Part shown: piece by piece, positions 54,301-64,000 of the stretch | Position numbering within the stretch: position 1 is the first letter of the stretch | Layout of the letters: every line of letters starts with the position of its first letter | From: Leptogorgia sarmentosa | Taxonomy: Eukaryota | Direction of reading: 5' to 3' | Length of the DNA stretch: 64,000 bases | Assembly: GCA_964658305.1 (NCBI GenBank) | Contig: OZ210885.1 | Location: 21,576,001 to 21,640,000 of the forward strand | Notes under the pieces: model-generated | What the model saw: only the letters and a program-made list of their open reading frames with translations | What the model was told of the DNA's origin: nothing | Database searches by the model: none | Made by a program: the position numbers and the translations under genes

Positions 54301-55489
54301 CATTTTACTCATTATTAATCGTGTCATCTGCTGCTGTTGGAAGATCCTTTTCTTTGAACATTTTACTCATTATTAATCGTGTCATCTGCTGCTGTTGGAA
54401 GATCCTTTTCCTTGAACATTTCACTCATTATTAATCGTGTCATCTGCTGCTGTTGGAAGATCCTTTTCCTTGAACATTTTACTCATTATTAATCGTGTCA
54501 TCTGCTGCTGTTGGAAGATCCTTTTCCTTGAACATTTTACTCATTATTAATCGTGTTATCTGCTGCTGTTGGAAGATCCTTTTCCTTGAACATTTTACTC
54601 ATTATTAATCGTGTCACCTGCTGCTGTTGGAAGATTCTTTTCCTTGAACATTTTACTCATTATTAATCGTGTCACCTGCTGCTGTTGGAAGATCCTTTTC
54701 CTTGAACATTTTACTCATTATTAATCGTGTTATCTGCTGCTGTTGGAAGATCCTTTACCTTGAACATTTTACTCATTATTAATCGTGTCATCTGCTGCTG
54801 TTGGAAGATCCTTTACCTTGAACATTTTACTCATTATTAATCGTGTCATCTGCTGCTGTTGGAAGATCCTTTACCTTGAACATTTTACTCATTATTAATC
54901 GTGTCATCTGCTGCTGTTGGAAGATCCTTTACCTTGAACATTTTACTCATTATTAATCGTGTCATCTGCTGCTGTTGGAAGATCCTTTTCCTTGAACATT
55001 TTACTCATTATTAATCGTGTTATCTGCTGCTGTTGGAAGATCCTTTTCCTTGAACATTTTACTCATTATTAATCGTGTCACCTGCTGCTGTTGGAAGATC
55101 CTTTTCCTTGAACATTTTACTCATTATTAATCGTGTCACCTGCTGCTGTTGGAGGAAATCTACATTTGAACATTGTACTTATTAAACTCATTTTCCTGCT
55201 GCTGTTGGAAGATCCTTTACCTTGAACATTTTACTCATTATTAATCGTGTCATCTGCTGCTGTTGGAAGATCCTTTTCCTTGAACATTTTACTCATTATT
55301 AATCGTGTTATCTGCTGCTGTTGGAAGATCCTTTTCCTTGAACATTTTACTCATTATTAATCGTGTCATCTGCTGCTGTTGGAAGATCCTTTTCCTTGAA
55401 CATTTTACTCATTATTAATCGTGTTATCTGCTGCTGTTGGAGGATATTTTACCTTGAACATTTTTCTCATTATTAATCGTGTCATCTGC
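39305..55489. repeat. 58-bp satellite array, about 280 monomers, with higher-order duplications
   Basis: Monomer GTGTCATCTGCTGCTGTTGGAAGATCCTTT(T/A)CCTTGAACATTTTACT followed by either CATTATTAATC or AAAGATTTACT. Confidence 0.99.
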
Positions 55490-57399
55490 CACTTACGGTA
55501 TTGGCGAAGCAACAATTTCTGATAAACTGTGAAACCATGCTCCTGTTGACTGCAGTACGTTACACATATCTAGGCAGGGAGGCGGTGCCTGAGCAATTTC
55601 TTCACTGTGTTTTCACAGAAAGAAAATGGTTATGCGTCTACTCTCTTGCCGTTGTTCCTCGCTCTCTTGAATGTAAAGGTGAGTAGAAATAGGAAGAGAC
55701 GAAAGGTGGGTGGAAACCGGGTGCGCATGGTAAGCATTTTTGTTTTGCATAGGTCTAGTTTATTTTCAATCTAATTCATAATAGCGTCATCGTCTTGTGT
55801 ATTGGTGATGTTTTATCCACATTTTTTCTGCAATTGCGCCTCTATTTTGCTCAGTTTGAAAGGTGTATTTGTTCTTGAAATGTTCGCTCAGAATGCTGGA
55901 AATGGCATTTGCGAGGTCCGAATTTCAAAAATTTTCGGGGGGGAAATGCCCCCGGACCCCCCTAATTTGGTGTAGGTCTTCTAATGTGCACCGGTCAAAC
56001 CAAATGCTGGATCCGCCCGTGATGTATGATCATTTCTCCACCAAATTTTAGGTTCTAATAACCTCTGAAATTTCCTGAGTTGTTAACGGTACAGTAAATA
56101 TACAGCCTAGAGCATTCTCTGAGTTTTCTACGATATCATTTACTCCATTTTCAATTTCAATTCGGAGAATTCAATCAAAATTCTCATTATCTTCTGAAGG
56201 TGTTGCTAACTGTTCAAAATAATTTGCCCAGAGATCTGCCATTTGCTGTGAATCCGTGATAATTTTACCATTTACCTCTAGTAACATTTTTCCAAGTAAC
56301 ATTCCTGCATGCCTTATTATTTAACAGTCTCCAAAATTTTTCATTATCTAGGTCTTGCAAATTACCGATGTCATTGAGTTCTTTCCTCTCATACTCCCAC
56401 ACGGCTCTCCTCTGTTCACGTCTGTATTCGCATTTTAGTTTTTTATACTTTATATAGAAAATATTACTACTTTGTCTTAGAGATCCTGCTCTTATCCAAT
56501 CTGCTCTTGCAGCCATGACGGATTTTCTTAAATCTTTAAGTTTTTTATTCCAGAACGGTTTTATATGCTTTTTAAAATTCACTCTCGGTAACATTTGATC
56601 TGCATTTCTAATAATTTCAATCAGTTTCTCATAAATAGCGTTTGCATCACATAAATTAATATTCTCCCAAACATTACTTAATAATAAGTTATGATTTTCC
56701 TGATAACTACTCAGTTGTTCCGCAGTACAACGTCTCCATGGTATTTTGTCATAGGTATTTATGCTGTAATTTGCAATATCTTTTGAAATTCGGTCTGACA
56801 CTTGGACAGACAAACATAGTTTCAGTGGTAAATGAAATGCTGTATTGTCAGGATGCTCACTACATCTCTCTACTGAATCGAAAAACTCCATTAATGCATT
56901 ATCAATAATCACATAGTCAACAATAGAGTTTCCAGTTCTAGAGATGTATGTAAATTGGGGTTTTTCACAAACAGGTGATACATTCACAGGAATTAGATTT
57001 AACACATTAAAAAATTCCTGTAGTTTAAGTCCCCTTTTGTTTAACATCTGATGCAGACTTGTTTCTTGCAAATGTGCATTGAAGTCCCCAAGTAGGACCA
57101 AGTTTAAGCCATAACTCTTTTGCTGGATACAAAACTGCTCTAACTCGTAAAGTATGTTTAGATAATCGGTAAAACTGTAGTTCGTGGATGGAAAATAGAC
57201 TGATACCACAGCAATTTTCATGTTTTCTATTATTATTGATGCCGATACTATACGATCACAGGAAGTTTGTATTTCTCTCGCTTTTAAACATTTTTTGAAA
57301 AGCAGTGCGACACCGCCTTGGCCCCTTCTCCACCGCTTGTTAATATTATTATTCGAGCTGCTACACGAAATAACATCGAAGTTATTATCTAAACTGTCC

Positions 57400-58555
57400 A
57401 ACAGGTGGGAAATTTGTCTGAGCATGCGCGGGAAATCCCCACGAGACGTGCGTGTATTTTGCGGGAAGAAGAAATGTACATTTCACGAACAATCAAAACA
57501 AATCTTGTGTCGATTCTGAATGGCATACTTCTACCTACTGTTTACAGTCACAAGTTAATCTGCAATAATTAGAATTTTCTGTGAAATGTTCCTATTGTAA
57601 CTAGGATGACAATATTTATGTCGTAAAGGTTTAAATATCAGCGACAGAGCTCAAATCACGGCGGGGCAAAATAACTTGTGATGGGGCGTGAGATTTCACT
57701 TCTACCGAAGGCTAAAATACAAACCCCGGGCCTATTCAAGGCCCTATTTTGACGCTTACAAGTAAAGTATCACAAGAAAATACATGAAGTGGAGAATACT
57801 TTTGGAATGTTTCATCGTGAGGCCACCGCCAGTTTTTGAAATATCTTCATTTCATTGCCGGTTATCATTATAATTACACTGAAGCCTGACTTGAATAAAC
57901 ACAAAATTTTGAATCTCATCAAATACAAAAATATTTCATTTCTAACCAAATTATGCTCACGAAATCTAAATTAAAAGCTTTATTTTTAAACTAGACCTTT
58001 CTTGAAGCAGATTTGATGATGTAAATTCACTTTTGGGCCTTTGATTCTTGGCCAGAATTTGACCACAACACGTGTGAAGCAAGTGGGTCTCAAACACTTA
58101 ACTAAAGCATCATGAGGCCCTATTTTCCTGTTGATAGGTTTGGTACCACTAAACGCCAAAGAAGTGTTTCTTTCCATTTAGCTATATTTGAAATTGAGGC
58201 CACCGGCGATTTTTACAAAAATACAGTTCAAAGTCAAGCTTTTTTCACAAATTTTCAAAATTCGCACAAGTTACACTAACAAACAAATTATGGGAAATTT
58301 GAGAAATAAAAAGAATAATTTCAACTTACATTTCATTCTCATACCACGTTTTCCTCGTTGATTACGGTTTCAAACAAGCCAAATCTCGACATTTATGGTG
58401 TTTGCCACTCATTTGCTCCTATGTTAACGTCGCCATATTCACTTCTTCCACACACTCGATTGCAAAAAAAATCATCGCAAAACAAGGAATTCATGATCGA
58501 TCTTAAAAGATTAAGCACTAAAGTTAGAGATCATTTGACAAATTTCCCACCTGTT
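57400..58555. mobile_element. Non-autonomous TIR element with 9-bp (or 11-bp) TSD, MULE-like
   Basis: TIR AACAGGTGGGAAATTTGTC / GACAAATTTCCCACCTGTT. TSD AAACTGTCC at 57391-57399 and 58556-58564 duplicates the LINE codons LDSL. Confidence 0.9.
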
Positions 58556-60134
58556 AAACTGTCCAGAAATGTCAGCTCATCTTCATACAACCAATGCTCG
58601 CTTAATGCTAAAATATCCAATGAACGCAACAACGTTTTTACATAGATAAAGTTGCCATAAACGCCGCCACAATTCCAGCAACCAAGTTTAATTTTCGTCA
58701 ATTTTCGTAGGTCCGACATTCGAGCTATTTTTGTTTATCCACTTTTGTTTAGAGAGCCATTCTCTAACGTATACATGCTTAGGCCAAAAGTCTTTCTCCA
58801 AGGCGCGATCAAAATCTTCACTTAGAACGTTTACTCGGACGGCTACGGTGCCCTTCCTCTTGCTTTTCATCAATCTTACGAACGTTTGGGTGATTCCCTT
58901 TTTATTGATATAGTTTGAAATTAACTTATCGGTTACCCCTTCACATACGCCCCTTAAATACAGTCGTTTTATTCTCCTCTTTTCAACTCCAACAAATAAA
59001 TCATGATTGTCGTTAACACTGCTTGTTGCTGAATGATCTCTATGAACTTCTTGGCTGTGTTGCTTGTTTGGGCTATTGTTTCCCTTTGCTAGTTTCAATA
59101 ATTGAGAACTGTCTTTGGAGCTATGTGTTGTTGGTTTAGTTTTTGGAACACTCAAGTGATTTTCTGGGCTCAGATTTGCATTTATGTTTGCAGCTTCTGC
59201 ATATGTATTTTTACTAGCCTCAGGAGATAGGATTTCAATTGTTGTCACTAATGGATTTTCCCTAATTGATTTTTCTTTGTCAGTTCTTTTTGTTTTAATT
59301 TCCTCTGAGCTCGGAATTATATTTGCAGCTTCTACGTGTATATTTTTGTTTGACTCAGAAGATTGGTTTTCAATTGTTATCGCTAATTGATTTTACTTTG
59401 CCAATTTCTTTTGTTTCCTTTCTAAGCTTCTCAAGGTCTTTAGATAGCTTTCGAAAATTTCTTTCATGTTTTTCCATGTTTTCACCATTTTTATTTAACT
59501 CAATCTCACATGATTCTAGTTTCGCCTTGGTATTTTCCAAAGAAGACTTGCAATTCCCCTTAAATGTGGCAAGTTCCGATTCAGGAGCTTGAATTTTTGC
59601 TTGCTTTACACATAAATCAGACTTTAACTCTGAGATTTCATCTTTAAGGCGTATCACAGTCTGATCAAAGTCTTCTCTCAATGTACACAATTTTATATCT
59701 AAATTTTCCGCTAAGCTCGTAAATTGGTTAATATCAGTACAGTTCGTTATTTTTTTACCTTGCGAGCTACTGAACGACATTTCAGGATGTACAGACGAAG
59801 ACTTTTTAAACAATTCATTGATCTCATCTGTTATTTCTTCTGAACAACAGTATTTCACTAAAACAATAATATCACTCGCCAGTTTCTCATTTGCAGATTT
59901 CCCCCCAGAACGGGTAATTCTCCGTAAGGGTTTCTCTTTTGGAAAGTTAGGAAATTTGTACCTGCAATATTCTATGATCTTGTCTCTTTCGCCGTGTAAC
60001 TTTGCCGAAGAATCCTTCGATAATTTTGCTTCAACCGCTTCGGTCGATGTCGTTAAAATTTCAGTATTTAATTCTTCATCAAATAACCCTCAGTCATCCC
60101 TTCATTGTAGTATCAGTCAGTCTCAGTCATCCCC

Positions 60135-62640
60135 AACCTCGCAAGCCAGGGTAATTTCGCTGAGTCAGTGTAGGCTAGTCCGCCCGGGCTGGATGATGAC
60201 ATTCCAGAAGAATACCGTCTACGTTGGGAACAATGGAAAGGAAGTCTACCATTATTGGAGAAGTTCAACATGAATCGTTGTTTCAAGCCTACGAATTTTG
60301 GTCAAACCGTCTCGTGGCAAATCCACAGCTTTTCCGATGCCAGCTCTAATGGATACGGCCAAGTATCTTACCTGCGACAAGAGAATGACCAAGGTGATAT
60401 TCATTGTACCTTTATGATTGGGAAAGCTCGCTTGGCTCCAATCAAATCCATCACAATCCCACGTCTCGAGCTTACAGCCACTGTCGTATCTGTTCACATA
60501 ACAGAAATGTTTATCAGAGAGCTAGAAATGCCTACAGATGCACGCTTTTACTGGACAGACAGTACCACGGTCCTGAAATACATCGGAAATGACAAAGCAC
60601 GTTACAAGATCTTCATAGCGAATCGGGTCCAGACGATAAGGGACAGCACTGAGCCTGATGAATGGCATTATGTCCATTCAGGATGGAACCCTGCTGATGC
60701 TGCTTCACGAGGTGTAAAGATGTCATCGTTTGTAGAAGGAACAACATGGATGAACGCCCCAACCTTCTTTTGGAGACCGAAAGAAGAGTGGCCACAAATT
60801 CCTATCGATGTGTCAACCAAAGTTACGGATGTCCCTGAAATCGTTCCTTCAAACGCCATCGTTACCGCTGAATGTAATGATATGATTCAACGATTTACAA
60901 GATTCTCAAGTTGGAAAATGCTGAAAAAGATCATAGCTTGGTTGCTACGGTTGAAAGTTAAACATGGACTTATCCAGTCGAATTCGTCTCCATGTCTAAT
61001 CAGATCCAAATTTAGAATAACCGAGCCTTATCCAATCACAGTAGAAGAGATGGAGACCGCTGAGATAACCATATTGAAAATTGTACAAATGGATTCCTTC
61101 TCCGCTGAGATAATTGTGTTAATATGACAAATGAAAGAAATTTTGCTAGAAAGAAAAAGAAGGAGATCAAGAAAGCGAGTTCGTTATATCGACTTGATCC
61201 ATTCATTGACTCCCTCAGCGTTTTACGTGTTGGAGGAAGATTACGTAGATGTGATGAAGTTACGATTCAAAATAAACATCCGATTATCTTACCAAAAAAG
61301 GGACACATGACCGAATTGATTATGCGACATGCTCATGAGAAAGTTATAACCCCCAACAAGATTAGAAGTCAATATTGGATCATCAACGCAAACTCTGCTG
61401 TCAGAAGGTATATAGCGGGATGTGTCACTTGTCGGAAATTACGAGCAAGCAGGGGACAACAAAAAATGGCTGACCTCCCTAAAGAAAGACTCGTGTCAGC
61501 ACCACCCTTCACCTATTGTGGAGTCGATCTTTTTGGCCCCTGTTTTATCAAAGACGGTCGTAAAGAGCTCAAGCGCTATGGCGTTCTATTCACTTGCTTA
61601 GCCAGCAGAGCCGTCCACCTCGAATCTGCGAAACGTTAGAGACAGATTCCTTCATTAACGCTCTAAGGCGCTTTATCGCACGAAGAGAACCAGTCCGACA
61701 AATCCGATCTGACCAAGGTACCAATATAATGAGAGCCAAGAGAGAGTTGAAAGAAGGCTTGAAAAGTATGGATCATAAGCGAATCAAAGAATACCTTTGT
61801 TCCCATTACCATGCAGATTGGCTCGTTGAGTGGAGACCAAACCCTCCTGCAGCATCACACATGGGCGGCATTTGGGAACGCCAGATTCGAACCATATGTA
61901 CAATACTCACAACACTGACAAAAGAGTTTGGCCACGCGATTAATAACGAGTGTTTTAGAACCCTGTTAGTCGAAGCCGAAAACATTGTTAATTCAAGACC
62001 GTTAACATTACCATCTTCCGACGCAGACGACTTCAAAACACCACTCACCCCAAATTGTGTCTTAACGATGAAACCGAAGATAGTGATGCCACCGCCAGGT
62101 GAATTTCAACGCGCAGATCTTTATCTCCGCAAGCATTGGATACAGGTACAAGTGGAATCGTCCACAGCGAAATTTTAAAGTTGGAGACGTTGTTCTCGTC
62201 GTGGATGAAAGAACTCCAAGAAATGTTTGGCCTTTAACACAAATCACTGAAGTGACGTCGGACTCGGTAGGTTTTATTCGCTCGGTAAAGGTTAAAACGA
62301 TGTCATCCATTCTGGAACGTCCAATCTCGAAGTTAAGAAGGACCAGGAGAAATCCCCGTCGAAGAGCCTGAACTGAGTGTTGTCTTAAAAGAGTATGATC
62401 CTCCAACTCTTTGAGGAGCCAGATGTTATTGCAATAATTACAATTGTGATGTAACTACATTAATTAGCATGTGCATATGCAATTAGCATATAATTAGGAA
62501 TAGTATAAAAGAATTGTTGAAGGTTGTTTTTTTTAGAACGACAAACGAGAACGGTTTACCGGTATAACGGAGTGTATAGTTGCATACGTTTTTCTACTGT
62601 CGAATGTAAGACGAGTAGGAATTTAAACTATAGAAAACCG
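60135..62640 (+). mobile_element. BEL/Pao LTR retrotransposon 3' half (RNase H, integrase, C-terminal domain, start of 3' LTR)
   Basis: HSFSDASSNGYG, KARLAP, TIPRLEL, WTDS, NPADAASRG, GVDLFGP, RAVHLE, SDQGTN, GGIWERQI, NSRPL and RPISKL. Purine tract GAGGAGCCAGA precedes TGT at 62424. Confidence 0.92.
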
Positions 62641-62800
62641 GGTATCCGGTCAATTCGCCCCATTACGAATTCGCCCCCTACGAGTTCGCCCCATTCTTGC
62701 ACAAGTTCGCCCCATTCTTGTACAAGTTCGCCCCATTCTTGCACAAGTTCGCCCCAAACAGCAAAACATCGTTTCGCCCCAATACAAAGTCGGTTCGCCC
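62641..62800. repeat. MULE-like TIR end with 21-bp subterminal repeats (ACAAGTTCGCCCCATTCTTG-like)
   Basis: GGTATCCGGTCAATTCGCCCC followed by repeated TTCGCCCC cores. Confidence 0.6.
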
Positions 62801-63952
62801 CGTCAGTATTTTAGTGGGTGACCAGTCAAAACGGGCCTGCATCCAATAGTCAAAACGCATCCAATAGTCATACCTTTTTTTTGAGACACCCTGTATATTT
62901 TGAAGCAGATGTCTTGAATATCATACATTATAGTTACTTAGCCATATTTCCGAGTCTAGCAATGAGTCATCGTAATATTATATACCATTATATAAAGTTT
63001 CAAAAACATAAATAGATCTATTGTCCAAGCGCATCTTTTGTCAGTTAATCCTGTTGTGACTGTTGTTTGCATTAATTGCCTTGAAACAAACAACATAAAC
63101 AGCTTGAAAAATTAACAGAAGAATAAAATCCAAATTGAATGGGCTATTTTAAGTAAGCGTGTCATCATTCCTCACATGATTGTCCATCACGCAGGAAATG
63201 CGAAACATCCTATAACTTGCATGTAGCAGCGTCATCATGTCGTCATGCAAGGCCGGTTGTTCGAAAGTCGGATAACTTTATCCGCTCAAAGTGATTTTAC
63301 TGTTGTAAAAATGTTCAAAAAGCCATAAGATAGATAGATTTTGAGAAAACACATTGCAGCTAAATACAGCTGGAATGTGTGTTACTTTACAACAATGAAA
63401 GTTATGAAAATAAGGTTCATCTAAAAGAGCATATAAAAAGGAATTACAAATATTTTAAAGTATATAAGTCATATAAAATATATTTACAAAGCTAAAACTT
63501 AATGAAGATTACGCACAAGAGAATTGTTTAATACAGGAAGCAATAAATGTTTTTAAAAATAAAAAAATTAAAAATCAAAATATGAAGACTACAGCGGTTA
63601 CACATAATTTCCAGATATAAACTTGCGATTGATAGGCAACTTCCATTCATCACCCAATCAAATACGCGTGTATGAGATATATTGCTAACCTACTATATTT
63701 TCGGGACAAAACATTTAAAAATATCAAAAACAAAACTTGAACAGAAGCATGTATGAGTCATCCGGATGTTATTGACTGTATCACAAGTTATTGTGATACA
63801 ATGATGATACCATGCCATTGTTCTTGCGCAGTCATTGTCATCAATGGCCAAACACAATCGTATAAAATGTGTTACAAGTATACAGTATCTTCACTCGAAC
63901 ATTCACCACCGCTGCGCTACAGTCAGAAGTTCTATTTGCCGTTTTACTGAAG

Positions 63953-64000
63953 ATGTCTGCCGAAGATAACTGCATTCGCTGCAAGGAGCCTGTAAGAGCT
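63953..64000 (+). CDS. Start of a PHD-finger ORF homologous to 16730, running off the window
   Basis: MSAEDNCIRCKEPVRA versus MSVQDCCIRCKEPVRA. Confidence 0.6.
   Translation, partial: MSAEDNCIRCKEPVRA

Larger units (their letters stand above)
34114..56021 (+). mobile_element. 21.9-kb hAT transposon with 15-bp TIRs and 8-bp TSD ATGTATGA
   Basis: CAGGGGCGGATCCAG at 34114 and CTGGATCCGCCCGTG at 56007-56021 (one mismatch). TSD at 34106-34113 and 56022-56029. GTCACAGTAGATTT subterminal repeats at 34470-34650. Confidence 0.93.
30267..60085 (-). mobile_element. Single non-LTR retrotransposon (ORF1 plus APE-RT ORF2; clade uncertain, RTE-X/L2-like), split by nested insertions
   Basis: ORF1 pieces 60085-58688. 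Endonuclease WNCGG/LSEHW (58719-58556) continues as GDFN/VDYV (57399-56265). RT DISKAFD, QGGVLSP, FADD at 34113-32700. C-terminus 30598-30373, followed by AATAAA. The reading frame rejoins across all three TSDs. Confidence 0.88.

Noticed and set aside
39305..55489. CRISPR array interpretation of the 58-bp repeat
   Set aside because: The variable part has only a few recurring states rather than unique spacers, there are no cas genes, and the context is eukaryotic.

Overview
AT-rich eukaryotic DNA with GT-AG introns. The family mix suggests a marine invertebrate, probably a cnidarian (inference). The window is almost entirely nested, mostly decayed transposable elements. In order: Gypsy pol fragment; a Kolobok-like element (spliced transposase plus a convergent spliced KolX/P2X7-ballast-like gene, ending at TTAA); two exons of a RING/TRIM-like gene; a Harbinger fragment; a 1.9-kb internally deleted tyrosine-recombinase (YR) retroelement with A..B-A-B split repeats; a hAT fragment; a minus-strand Gypsy with a tRNA-Ser PBS; a PHD fragment; a four-level MITE nest; a MULE transposase; an Ngaro/DIRS-like element; and an Academ-like transposase-XPG gene. 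One minus-strand LINE (about 30270-60085) is stretched to 30 kb by three TSD-bounded insertions. These are a long-TIR DD30E Tc1/IS630-like element, a 21.9-kb hAT element and a 1.15-kb TIR element. A BEL/Pao pol and a MULE end close the window. The most striking object is the hAT (34114-56021). It has TIRs and a perfect 8-bp TSD, a vertnin/OTU-like domain that splices in phase onto the transposase, and a 16-kb 58-bp satellite with higher-order structure between its stop codon and right TIR. Family names come from motif recognition only; no database search was run.
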